Shown here: positions 7,405 through 16,655 of the stretch, one piece after another | How the letters are laid out: every line of letters starts with the position of its first letter | Position numbering within the stretch: position 1 is the stretch's first letter | NCBI GenBank assembly: GCA_038999435.1 | Contig: JAVZYR010000008.1 | Coordinates: 1 to 23,671 of the forward strand | DNA from: Candidatus Aenigmatarchaeota archaeon | GTDB lineage: Archaea > Aenigmatarchaeota > Aenigmatarchaeia > QMZP01 | Reading direction: 5' to 3' | DNA: 23,671 nt | Made by a program: the position numbers and the translations under genes | Notes under the pieces: generated by a model | What the model was told of the DNA's origin: nothing | The model's database searches: none | The model's input: only the letters and a program-made list of their open reading frames with translations

Positions 7405-7473
7405 CTTAAGTCCTGCCCCTTTGGCCACTCGGGCACCCCCGCAATAATAAGATTTATTTTTATGATTTAAAAT

Positions 7474-7989
7474 TTAGAAATCAAAAGAGAGCTGCTCTAG
7501 CTTTGGCTCTCTATACTTTTCTAACTGCGATTTTTTCAAATCTACTTCACGTTTTTCAATCTTTGGTAATTTGATGTCTCTTATGTATTCGCCTTTTGCC
7601 TTTTTAACATAATGTATTTTGTATATTCTATTTCGTCCTGCTTCGACGATCTCATTCAGCTCTTGTTCATTTTCAGGTATGCATCTTTTATCCCATACAC
7701 CAGCAAAAAAGTATATCTTCTTCCAATCATCAAGCCCTTGTAAATAATCTTTAACTTTCTCCAAAATCTGTCTGTTTTCTGTTGTAGCTCTTGCAAATGA
7801 GCGTATGCCATATATCACACGTTTTAGTGGTTCCTTGTTTATCTTCCCTCTGTAGAGGTTAGCATCAAAACCATCATTAAGTGGTGTGCCAAGTCGATTG
7901 AAAAAACCAACAATTTCATTCACAGCTTCGTATTTATAATAGGGCAAGGTCTCCCAATTTTCTCGCGGATTGTAATTAGTTTTCAACAT
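7474..7989 (-). CDS. Hypothetical protein
   Basis: Uninterrupted ORF with protein-like composition; ATG 7989 chosen over TTG 8007. Confidence 0.65.
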   Translation of the reverse strand: MLKTNYNPRENWETLPYYKYEAVNEIVGFFNRLGTPLNDGFDANLYRGKINKEPLKRVIYGIRSFARATTENRQILEKVKDYLQGLDDWKKIYFFAGVWDKRCIPENEQELNEIVEAGRNRIYKIHYVKKAKGEYIRDIKLPKIEKREVDLKKSQLEKYREPKLEQLSFDF

Positions 7990-8043
7990 AAATATTATTT
8001 TTTCCAATATTTATAAAGCTTTTTGTTTAATACTAAAAAGTAG

Positions 8044-9807
8044 TTACTTTTCAATAAACTTTTTAACATCCCTTTTTGCCTTTTCAAGCCTTTTTTGATG
8101 CTCTATCAGAAATGCCTCAAGTGCATCAGCACATTCTCTTTTGCAATCGCCACAAATCCTCTTACCTTTTTTGCATTCATCATATATTCTGTGTAGCTGT
8201 TTGTCATCTGCAAGATGATATCTGAACATGTCAAAAATGGTGCATATCTCTGGCTTGCCACCCTTTTCTCTTTGCTCCTTTACAGAGCCACCTCCACCTG
8301 TTAATGCTGACATAATTTTTCGTCTTGCAGCTTTTGGATTTTCACTCAGCGCAATGTGTGATGCGGGGTCAGAGCTTGACATCTTTCCTCCCTTAAGCCC
8401 TTTCATAAATATGTGGTATGTTGAAGATGGTCTGATAAACCCAAGCTCTTTAAATCTATCTGCAAGGTCCCGTGTAAGCCTGAGATGTGGATCTTGGTCA
8501 ACACCAACAGGTACCAGAACAGGTTTTGGTCCACCAAATTCCTTAAGTTGTGGGTGAAGTATGTCAGCAGCTTGAAGAAGTGCTGCTTGTATTTTTGCAG
8601 GGCTTATGTCACCGTATATATCTTTAAACTCATTGAATGTCACTTTGCGAGATAGCATCGAAACAAGACGGTAATAAGCAGGCTTCCATTCTGATTGTAG
8701 ATAGAAATGGCATTTCTCAGGTTTAAGGCCTAGCGCGATTGCATTCAGAAGATATTCATCTATTGCAATCTTTTTTATATCTTCCATTGCCATCTTTCTC
8801 ACAGCATATGCCTCAAGGTCAGCCATACAAAGATAGACCTCAACGCCTTGTGCTTGCCAATAAATAACCTCATCGATTATCATTTTATGCCCAAAGTGGA
8901 AGGGCCCTGATGGCATGAGACCAGTCATAAGAACCCATGGCTTTTTTGCGTTTATAGCCTTAAGGATCACATCAAGGTCTCTGTGTCCAAATATTATGCC
9001 CCTTGAAAAGTATGGATGTGGCTTTAGTTGGCTAACCAATGGCTTTATATCTTGAATTCCAAACTCTTCCTGAAGTCTGCCATAGTCTTTTATATCCCCT
9101 TTGCCCCACGGATCAAGCCTTTCCACTACAATCTGTTTTTCTGTCACAGCCTCTTTTTGCCTATGAAATTCTATGCCTTCAACCTTTCCTTTACAAGCAG
9201 CCATTACATACTTGACTGCATCCTTTATGCATGTCTCAAGTGCCTTTTCTTCTATACCAGGCACAGGCAACCCTATGATTATGGCATTCCTTGTATCTCT
9301 GTGCACCTTTGTCCTTTGCGCAGGTCCGTAAAGCCAACTAAGTATAATCCCTTTATCATCTCTCAACACAATATCACCTTGTTGTATGAATTGCTTTTCC
9401 CCGTGCATATCTATGAATTCTTCACCTTCGTAGCCTTCATCTAACACAAGACCACCCTCTATCCTGTCTAAATCCTTGATATCGAGAAGAAGGCAGTGTT
9501 TGAGCTCAGCAAGTAATATCGCATCAACAAGCGGGCTCAGTGTTGGTATTTCTTTGCCTTCAAGAACTGCTCGATACATTGTAGCAAGTGGAAATTCGAT
9601 GCCATGTCGGGTAAAATATTTTTCATATGCATTTACATTTTTCATCATCCAAAACTTTCTATACTGTTTTTTTATGATGCTTTCTATCTCTCTTCTTTCG
9701 CTACGCAATGCCCTGCTGCCTGTATTGTCAACACCAGTAATCGTAGCGCTGACAGTAAATATAGTTGGAAATCTTTCTCTCAACCTCTCAGAAAATGCTA
9801 TGTTCAT
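8044..9807 (-). CDS. trpS: Tryptophanyl-tRNA synthetase with an N-terminal B3/4 (PheRS-beta editing-like) domain
   Basis: C-terminal about 360 aa: DPWG, TGLMPSGPFHFGH, PVGVDQDPHLRLTRD, KMSSS. N-terminal about 215 aa: SPLVDA...DLDRIEG...GDIVLRDDKGII...RTKV. Confidence 0.93.
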   Translation of the reverse strand: MNIAFSERLRERFPTIFTVSATITGVDNTGSRALRSERREIESIIKKQYRKFWMMKNVNAYEKYFTRHGIEFPLATMYRAVLEGKEIPTLSPLVDAILLAELKHCLLLDIKDLDRIEGGLVLDEGYEGEEFIDMHGEKQFIQQGDIVLRDDKGIILSWLYGPAQRTKVHRDTRNAIIIGLPVPGIEEKALETCIKDAVKYVMAACKGKVEGIEFHRQKEAVTEKQIVVERLDPWGKGDIKDYGRLQEEFGIQDIKPLVSQLKPHPYFSRGIIFGHRDLDVILKAINAKKPWVLMTGLMPSGPFHFGHKMIIDEVIYWQAQGVEVYLCMADLEAYAVRKMAMEDIKKIAIDEYLLNAIALGLKPEKCHFYLQSEWKPAYYRLVSMLSRKVTFNEFKDIYGDISPAKIQAALLQAADILHPQLKEFGGPKPVLVPVGVDQDPHLRLTRDLADRFKELGFIRPSSTYHIFMKGLKGGKMSSSDPASHIALSENPKAARRKIMSALTGGGGSVKEQREKGGKPEICTIFDMFRYHLADDKQLHRIYDECKKGKRICGDCKRECADALEAFLIEHQKRLEKAKRDVKKFIEK

Positions 9808-10889
9808 CTTGTTATCTCCTGACTTTTTATAAGATTATAAAGTTGTGCTGCCTTTTTATTCTTTTCAAAATGCTCCCTTATCGGTTTTATCAAAATTTCA
9901 AGATAATCTGCTGTTGCCATCTTAAGGTCAAGTGGGTGTAACTTGCCTTGCCTATAATCAGCTTCAAGCTGCGAGTAGTTTGCATACACAACATCCCCAC
10001 CATATTCTGGTCTTCTCTTTATTTCCATATCTTTGAACGTCTTGAATATGATATGTTTGCAATAATCAAGTATAGGATTGTTTTCTATCTCTTTAGGCGG
10101 GCAATATGCAGCAGCAATCTTTTTCCTAATGGCATCTTTGCTATCATGCACAAATATGCATGTTTGTGGTTTTGATTTTGACATCTTTGATGATATCTCT
10201 ATGTCCCTTTTTGTATCACTATCAAAGCCCTCAGGCTCTTTTCTGCCCTCAAGGCCCATGAGCATGTGATGGCTAACGATTACAGGCTTTTTCCATCCTA
10301 TCTTTTCCGCAATCTCTCTTGCAAGCACATTTGCTCTTCTTTGGTCAAGCCCAAGTTGGCATATATCAACATCAAGATGGAAAATGTCAGCAACCTGCAT
10401 CATTGGATAGAAATACTGTGCAACCTCTTTTAACTCACCCTCTTTTCGGCCCATGATTGTGAGTGCACGGGTTGCACGGGCAACAGAGCAATTTTTTGCT
10501 ATCCTTATAACCCTTTCCCAATATTCATTTTCAGCCACAATATCTGATGCCCATACAATTTCTATCCTTTCCATGTCAACACCAGCAGCTTTCCAAACCT
10601 CGACAAAATATTCCCCAACCTTTTTTATCAATTCTATGTTCCCTCCAAACTTGTTGTTAATCCATGCATGCCAGTCTGCGAGCAAAAGTTTAAACTTTAT
10701 ACCTGCCTTTAACATATCTTTTAAAAGCAGTGGTCTGAAAATGCCAAATGGTAGATGCGCAAGTCCGCTTGGCTCAAAGCCATCATATGCAACAGGTGAT
10801 TTTTTTGACAAAACATCATACAGCTCTTCCTCTGTTATTATCTCCTCTGCAATACCTTTAACAAGTTGAACCCTTTTTTCAAAATCCAT
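9804..10889 (-). CDS. tyrS: Tyrosyl-tRNA synthetase (archaeal)
   Basis: YDGFEPSG, YPMMQVADI, GLDQR, KMSKS, LHPLDLK. Confidence 0.96.
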   Translation of the reverse strand: MDFEKRVQLVKGIAEEIITEEELYDVLSKKSPVAYDGFEPSGLAHLPFGIFRPLLLKDMLKAGIKFKLLLADWHAWINNKFGGNIELIKKVGEYFVEVWKAAGVDMERIEIVWASDIVAENEYWERVIRIAKNCSVARATRALTIMGRKEGELKEVAQYFYPMMQVADIFHLDVDICQLGLDQRRANVLAREIAEKIGWKKPVIVSHHMLMGLEGRKEPEGFDSDTKRDIEISSKMSKSKPQTCIFVHDSKDAIRKKIAAAYCPPKEIENNPILDYCKHIIFKTFKDMEIKRRPEYGGDVVYANYSQLEADYRQGKLHPLDLKMATADYLEILIKPIREHFEKNKKAAQLYNLIKSQEITR

Positions 10890-10918
10890 ATTTTTATTTT
10901 GTTATTTCGATTAAAATT

Positions 10919-11596
10919 ATGATAAATTTTCCAGAACCTATCTGCAGACTTCTCAGGCTTGAGCCAGGCTCGATAACAAACATATACGGCGGGCCTGGTA
11001 CAGGAAAAACCAACATATGTCTGCTTCTTTCGGTCAGATGTGTGAAAAATGGGAAGGATGTATTTTATATGGACACAGAAAACGGTTTTTCGCTAGAACG
11101 ACTTAAACAGGTAGAACCTGATAATTGGCAGACATGCCTTGAAAAGATAAAATTGGCACAGCCAAAGGACCTCAGGGAACAAGGCGATATCATAAAATCT
11201 ATGGAAGGAAATTTTGGCCTGATTGTGATAGATTCTATGGTTGCACTCTATCGACTTTATTATTCTGAAAGGACCCACAATGATGACCTTGTGATGCAGG
11301 CTAATCGCGAGCTTTCAAAACAACTTTCTATACTTGCAAACATAGCAAGGGAAAAAAAGATACCTGTTATTGTCACAGCCCATGCATACAGGTCATGGGA
11401 AACAAAAGAATGGGATGCAATTGGAGGTGAGATTCTAAAATATTGGTCAAAAGCAATACTATTTCTTGAGCGGACAGGCAAGACGAGTGAAAGAATGGCA
11501 ACACTCATGAAGCATCCATATCTACCTGAGCATAAGAATGTAAAGTTTGAAATTGTACAAACAGGCATAAAGCCAGTAGGGTTTAAAATTTTTTGA
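10919..11596 (+). CDS. radB: DNA repair and recombination protein RadB
   Basis: Walker A GGPGTGKT, YMDTENGFS, Walker B IVIDS, C-terminal LMKHP; no RadA N-terminal domain. Confidence 0.88.
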   Translation: MINFPEPICRLLRLEPGSITNIYGGPGTGKTNICLLLSVRCVKNGKDVFYMDTENGFSLERLKQVEPDNWQTCLEKIKLAQPKDLREQGDIIKSMEGNFGLIVIDSMVALYRLYYSERTHNDDLVMQANRELSKQLSILANIAREKKIPVIVTAHAYRSWETKEWDAIGGEILKYWSKAILFLERTGKTSERMATLMKHPYLPEHKNVKFEIVQTGIKPVGFKIF

Positions 11597-11636
11597 TTGT
11601 GTTAGCAAAATATATAAACTTATAAGATAATTAGTT

Positions 11637-12088
11637 ATGAAAAACGAGCATGGCATGATGAAATATATCCAAAATTACAGATGCTGGAATCGAATATTTT
11701 ATAGAGGCCATGGCATTTAAAATTGAAGAAGATGAATTTGTTGGTTCGCAGCTCGAGGATTATAGATATGGAAGTTCTGATTATCCAACAACAGGAAAAG
11801 GTATTCCAATTTTTGTGCAATCTAATAAAAGAGATGAGATTGAAGAGCTGTTAGAGCTTCAATGTAACCTTTTATAAACATGATGGAACAATTGATATTG
11901 ATAGAACAAATCTATATCGCCTACATGTTATCAAAGAAAAAGGATTGTGTCCAATGATGAAAACAAAAAATGGCGTCTATTTTACAACTACTTATAAAGA
12001 CCAGGATGGTTTGATAAGCATAAAATGTACAAATCAGAAAGAGCAGATAAGTTTGAATAATGTTAAGTCAGTTCCTATACTGCCCTGA
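11637..12088 (+). pseudogene. Frameshifted hypothetical gene (about 150 aa if repaired)
   Basis: Consecutive protein-like frames (MK/RAWHDEIYPK/ITDAGIEYF...IEELLE/FNVTFYKHDG...VPILP*) join if three single bases are restored. Confidence 0.5.
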
Positions 12089-12129
12089 AAATGAAATAGT
12101 TTATAAACTTAAGAAAAATTATAAAATCT

Positions 12130-12846
12130 ATGAATATTGAAGAAACAAAAAAACTTGCAAATAAGATTGAGGGTTGGCTTAGTGATAGGGAAGGGGAAAC
12201 ATTATATAATCTTGCAATGAATTGCAAAGGTAAAGGAGTAATTGTTGAGATTGGTTCTTGGAAAGGCAAATCAACGATTTGGATTGGCAATGGTAGTAAA
12301 AATGGAAAGAAAATTAAAGTTTATGCAATTGACCCACATAAAGGTTCTTCGGAGCATCAAAAAGAAAACAAAAAGATATGGACATTTGAAGAATTTAAGA
12401 ATAATATTAAAAAAGCAAAATTAGACGATATAATTGTTCCACTTGTTAAAACTAGTGAAGAAGCTGCAAAAAATTTTAACAAACCAGTTGAATTTATTTT
12501 TATTGATGGAGCGCATGAATACGAATTTGTAAAATTAGATTTTGATTTATGGTTTCCCAAAGTGGTGAATGGTGGGATAATTGCTTTTCACGATACTATT
12601 GGTTGTTGGAGTGGTCCAAAGAAAGTTGTAGCTGACTGTGTTTATAAATCTAAACATTTCAAAGATGTAAAATTTATTGATACCATCACATTTGCTCGAA
12701 AAGTAAACCAGAACACTTTGAAAGATCGTATTAAAAATAGATATGTTCTTTTATTAAAAAATTCATATGAATTGATAAGCAAACTCTATTTGCCAAAACC
12801 GATAAGAGTATTAGGGAAAAAAATAATTGTTAAAATATTACATTAA
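12130..12846 (+). CDS. Class I SAM-dependent methyltransferase (Methyltransf_24-like)
   Basis: VEIGSWKGKST, YAIDPH, FIFIDGAHEYE, GGIIAFHD. Confidence 0.88.
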   Translation: MNIEETKKLANKIEGWLSDREGETLYNLAMNCKGKGVIVEIGSWKGKSTIWIGNGSKNGKKIKVYAIDPHKGSSEHQKENKKIWTFEEFKNNIKKAKLDDIIVPLVKTSEEAAKNFNKPVEFIFIDGAHEYEFVKLDFDLWFPKVVNGGIIAFHDTIGCWSGPKKVVADCVYKSKHFKDVKFIDTITFARKVNQNTLKDRIKNRYVLLLKNSYELISKLYLPKPIRVLGKKIIVKILH

Positions 12847-12915
12847 AATCAACGGTCTTAGCTCTCATCACGGCTTTCTATTCACGGAACATCGCACTTT
12901 CGAAGCTTCATATTT

Positions 12916-13001
12916 ACGCAACAGCGATTAAAAAGGAAAATTCTGCGAATTTCCCCAAATTTTTGCTTCGCAAAAACTTCTCTTAATCGCACATGTTATA
13001 G
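12916..13001 (+). repeat. attC-like imperfect palindrome
   Basis: AAC (12920-12922)...GTT (12995-12997) ends; gcgattaa/ttaatcgc arms; two internal hairpins. Confidence 0.45.
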
Positions 13002-13051
13002 GTGGCATGTTTTAAAACTTGCGATGAATCCTTCATGGGCATGCGTGTTGA

Positions 13052-13642
13052 TTAAAGCAGCCTTATCACATCTCCTTCTGGCCTTTTTTCTGTCCAAACC
13101 TCTGCTTGGAATGTGTAAATTTTTGTATCAGAATCTGTCCATGCCATTGGTGGAAGTCCTGCCTTTAGGCATGTTTGGATGAGAAACTCATTTTCATCAA
13201 AACCATACTCTGTCGCAACTTGTGGCAGAAGAAGTCCTGTATGTGCACCTTTTTTAACAATTAGTCCATCTCTCCCTATTCTTATATATTTTGGATAATC
13301 TTCGGTATTCTTGACAAATAGTTCTCGTGGTTCTGTCAAAACTGACAACTCAAATATTATCCTTTCAAGCTCTTCAATCTTAACAGGCTCGAACCTTGGG
13401 TCATTCGCAGCCTCTATTGCTGAACTGATGATTGCCTTGTGTAGTGGTAATACAGGATATGGCAGGCCTATACAACCCCTTAACTCTTTCTCAGGCCAGA
13501 TATAAAGGCTAATAAACACACCCCTTTTCTGCTCAAAGGAGCTTGGTGCCTTTTTAAGCTCTAAAATCTTGTTTGTCCTTAACCATTTTTTAATTGCTGC
13601 CCTTGCCAGATCAAGCCCAAATCTTGCTTCTATCTCATCCAT
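13052..13642 (-). CDS. AMMECR1-domain protein (TIGR00296-like)
   Basis: GVFISL, LRGCIG, DPRF, ELSVLT, GLLLPQV, CLKAG. Start ATG 13642. Confidence 0.92.
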   Translation of the reverse strand: MDEIEARFGLDLARAAIKKWLRTNKILELKKAPSSFEQKRGVFISLYIWPEKELRGCIGLPYPVLPLHKAIISSAIEAANDPRFEPVKIEELERIIFELSVLTEPRELFVKNTEDYPKYIRIGRDGLIVKKGAHTGLLLPQVATEYGFDENEFLIQTCLKAGLPPMAWTDSDTKIYTFQAEVWTEKRPEGDVIRLL

Positions 13643-13668
13643 TTTTAAACCCTCTACAAAATAATTTA

Positions 13669-14688
13669 ATGCTTTTGGATAAAAAAACTGCTGAAAGGTT
13701 GAAGAGGTTGCTTGAGTTAGGCGGGAAAAGGGAACTTTTTTATCATCAAGATGCTGATGGTGTGTGCTCTGCTGCATTCATGTTGAAATATTACAAATTC
13801 GATGCAAATGTGATGGAGGGACCAACCCTTAGCACCACATTCATAGATAGTATTTTGAAAAAGAAGCCAGACTTGTTATGCTTTCTTGATCTATCAATAG
13901 ACCAGGAATGGAGGGAATTTGAGGCATTGAAAAAGAAATTGAAAGCGATCCTTATCATAGACCATCACATACCTGAAAAGGATTTGAATGCTGAAAATAC
14001 CCTTTACATAAATCCGATGCTCACTTCGAGTGTCTATCTATCAACAAGCTATATAATTTATAGAATCCTCGAACAGATTGGCATACCGGTAAAAGAAAAT
14101 GCATGGATTGCTTGTGTTGGCGTAATAGGTGACCATGCAATGGAGGGTTGCAGGGACCTGATCGAAATATGTAAAAAGACATGTCCAGTCAGCAAGCTTG
14201 AGAAAGCATCAGATATGATATCTGCAGCCATTACAGTAAAAGGTGCTGAAGGTGCATCAAAATGCCTAAAACTTCTTCTCTCATCAAAAACGCCTGATGA
14301 GTTTCTAAGCAATGATATGATCATAAGATGGTATAAAAGGTTCGAAGAAGAGGTTGAAAATGTCATAGATGATTTCATGATGAGAAAGGAAGAGTTTGGA
14401 AACATAATGATGTACGAGATTGAATCAAGGCTAAACATTACATCGGCAATTGCATCAAGGTTGATAGAGATGATGCCAGATAAAGTTATAGTCATTAGAA
14501 AAAAGTCAGGCTCGCGGTGGAAAATCTCTGCAAGAGGACCAGAAGGGATAAATCTTAATGATGTTGTCAAAAGATGTGCTGAAGGGATTGGAAAGGGGGG
14601 CGGGCATACAAGGGCTGCAGGTGCAACCATAAACAATTGGGATGTTTTCAAAAAGAGGTTTTTGGCAGCACTACAGCATTGGAAATGA
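13669..14688 (+). CDS. DHH/DHHA1 phosphoesterase (RecJ/NrnA-like nuclease)
   Basis: HQDADG, FLD, IIDHH, GGGHTRAAG. Start ATG 13669. Confidence 0.88.
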   Translation: MLLDKKTAERLKRLLELGGKRELFYHQDADGVCSAAFMLKYYKFDANVMEGPTLSTTFIDSILKKKPDLLCFLDLSIDQEWREFEALKKKLKAILIIDHHIPEKDLNAENTLYINPMLTSSVYLSTSYIIYRILEQIGIPVKENAWIACVGVIGDHAMEGCRDLIEICKKTCPVSKLEKASDMISAAITVKGAEGASKCLKLLLSSKTPDEFLSNDMIIRWYKRFEEEVENVIDDFMMRKEEFGNIMMYEIESRLNITSAIASRLIEMMPDKVIVIRKKSGSRWKISARGPEGINLNDVVKRCAEGIGKGGGHTRAAGATINNWDVFKKRFLAALQHWK

Positions 14689-14689
14689 G

Positions 14690-15055
14690 CTACATTGGCC
14701 TTATAACAGCCCAATCAGAAGTCAGTTCAAGCTGTGCTGAAAAGTAGATATTCCCACTTCTTAGGTCAACGATGCTGATTGTGTGATTGCCATATCCTAT
14801 TTGATACTCTGATGGGTTTATTTCAATCTGTGTTACATTATATGCAGTTCCATCATCGGTTATTGTTGCATTCAAAGGCCATCTCATATCATCAATTTTA
14901 AGATAACTGGTTATAGGTACAAGCATGTTAACATCAATAGAGATGTTTTTAGGTTTTTCGGGGACGGTCTGATATACAAGAAAGCCTGAAAGTGATATGT
15001 AAGCAAAACCTGCGGCAAGGGCTGCTATCAACACGGTAATTAAAAACTTTTTCAT
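14690..15055 (-). CDS. Hypothetical exported or membrane-anchored protein
   Basis: MKKFLITVLIAALAAGF signal/anchor; start ATG 15055. Confidence 0.65.
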   Translation of the reverse strand: MKKFLITVLIAALAAGFAYISLSGFLVYQTVPEKPKNISIDVNMLVPITSYLKIDDMRWPLNATITDDGTAYNVTQIEINPSEYQIGYGNHTISIVDLRSGNIYFSAQLELTSDWAVIRPM

Positions 15056-15102
15056 ATTAATTCTAAGAATTAAACTTAAAAAATTTCCTTCTAAGTCATT
15101 AT

Positions 15103-15426
15103 ATGATAATAAAGGGCAGGGCAGATTTGGAAAAGCTTGATGCCCTTTTAGGAAAGGATGTGTATGCCTATTTTGCGAATGAGCAAGTATATGGAAAACT
15201 AATAAAAGTTGGCGATGAGTATAGGATAAGGCTTGGAGAACCATTTGAAGATGTGAGCCTTAATGATATAGAGAATGAGATAATCATCTCAGAAGAACCA
15301 TGTGAAATATGTAATGAAGAAGTTGACATAGAGATATGTCTGCCACAGCATGAGCCACAACATAAATATGAATTAAAACAGGGACAAAAATTCATCATCA
15401 CATACCAGGGTTTTAAAAAGAAATAA
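15103..15426 (+). CDS. Hypothetical acidic protein
   Basis: ATG-started ORF filling the intergenic space. Confidence 0.6.
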   Translation: MIIKGRADLEKLDALLGKDVYAYFANEQVYGKLIKVGDEYRIRLGEPFEDVSLNDIENEIIISEEPCEICNEEVDIEICLPQHEPQHKYELKQGQKFIITYQGFKKK

Positions 15427-15533
15427 AAAGAGAGGTGTATTACAACGGTATGGTTGAGGACAAATATTGTTTTATAGATAAGATGGGTGTGAGATTTTTC
15501 TTAAAGCCTGAGAGTATAATTAAAGTAAAGAGA

Positions 15534-16190
15534 TTAAGGATTAAACTTTAAAACAGCAAACATGTGGTCTTTTTCATAGGGGTCAAGTTCTGTTTTGTCA
15601 ACAAGCGTAAAGCATTCTGCAAGTTTTTTGAATTCCTGCTGATAGATTTCTTTTGGCTCTTTTGTTACATCTATTGACCTTGATTTTATTGCAATAAGCG
15701 CAAATCCACCTGGCTTTAAAAAAATCTTAGCATTTCTGATTGCAATCTCTGATTGATCTGGTGTTGCAACATCCTGATAAAGTATGTCCACCTCCTCTAT
15801 CCAGTCATAATCCTGCGGCCTTCTTGCATCTGCAATCACCGGCATGATGTTCTTTCTTTTTTCAGCAAGTATGAGCAGTTCTCTGAAAGGACGCTCTGAT
15901 ATTTCAATGCCATAAATAAAACCATTGTTGCCAAGTATGTCTGAAAAATATGATGCAGTCTGGCCATTTGCAATGCCAAGATATAGCATTTTTTGTCCAG
16001 GTTTAATAGGCCATTGTTTCAGGCCTTTTATGATTGCTGCTGCTGGTTTTGAACGGTGTGGTTCCCAAACCCTGTATTCCTGTTTTCCAATCATCACAAG
16101 CCTTTCAGAAAAAAAGCGCTGACCTGGTGTTAGATTGGGTGTTAGAAGTTCGCTGTCCTTTTTCCATATGCCAGGAAAGAGTTGTCTCAT
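15534..16190 (-). CDS. flpA: Fibrillarin-like rRNA/tRNA 2'-O-methyltransferase
   Basis: EYRVWEPHRSKPAAAI, LYLGIANGQTAS, DARRP, YQDVATPDQ, KSRSIDVT, LDPYEKDH. Confidence 0.95.
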   Translation of the reverse strand: MRQLFPGIWKKDSELLTPNLTPGQRFFSERLVMIGKQEYRVWEPHRSKPAAAIIKGLKQWPIKPGQKMLYLGIANGQTASYFSDILGNNGFIYGIEISERPFRELLILAEKRKNIMPVIADARRPQDYDWIEEVDILYQDVATPDQSEIAIRNAKIFLKPGGFALIAIKSRSIDVTKEPKEIYQQEFKKLAECFTLVDKTELDPYEKDHMFAVLKFNP

Positions 16191-16244
16191 TATTGATGTT
16201 TAAATTTGTTTAATAAAAATAAGTCAATCCAAGCCCTTATGATA

Positions 16245-16622
16245 TTAAATTTTTGCCCCTCTAAGGTCAGCATTCTTAAAATTAACATCAATTATATTTG
16301 CTCCATAAAGATTTGTACAAAAAAATTTTGCATAAGAGAAGTCAGAGCCGCTGAGCTCAGCACCTCTCAAATCTGAGAATGAGAAATTAGATCCTATACC
16401 TTTTGTGTATGGTATATAAAGGCCTGGTGCATAAATAAAACTTAAGTCACTGTTATTTAATATAATAGGGTTTTTAAACAAATCCTGAAAAAGCAGATAT
16501 TTGTAAATATCTTCTAAATAATCTTTGAAATTTGTTCTTGACATGTTTATGTTTGAGAAATCCCTCTCACCTTTTATTAGTCTGTCTGTAAATTCTTTAG
16601 GGCTCATTTTTATGAGTTGCAT
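16245..16622 (-). CDS. Pentapeptide-repeat protein
   Basis: GERDF N-terminus; SDLRG-AELSG-SDFSY-AKFFC-TNLYG...ADLRG repeats. Confidence 0.8.
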   Translation of the reverse strand: MQLIKMSPKEFTDRLIKGERDFSNINMSRTNFKDYLEDIYKYLLFQDLFKNPIILNNSDLSFIYAPGLYIPYTKGIGSNFSFSDLRGAELSGSDFSYAKFFCTNLYGANIIDVNFKNADLRGAKI

Positions 16623-16655
16623 AATACGAAATATAATTACAAAAATTTTTAAAAC

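Larger units (their letters stand above)
7008..7442 (-). tRNA. tRNA-Leu(UAA) with two introns (43 nt at 37/38; 306 nt at 59/60)
   Basis: Acceptor GCGGGGG/CCCCCGC, A73; anticodon stem CAGGA/UCCUG, UAA at 7408-7406; long variable arm GCGC/GCGC; T stem GUAGG/CCUAC. Confidence 0.9.

Noticed and set aside
14058..14714. 218-aa antisense ORF and similar shadow ORFs opposite mgtE, tyrS, lig and porB
   Set aside because: They lie antisense to well-supported genes and have no protein motifs.
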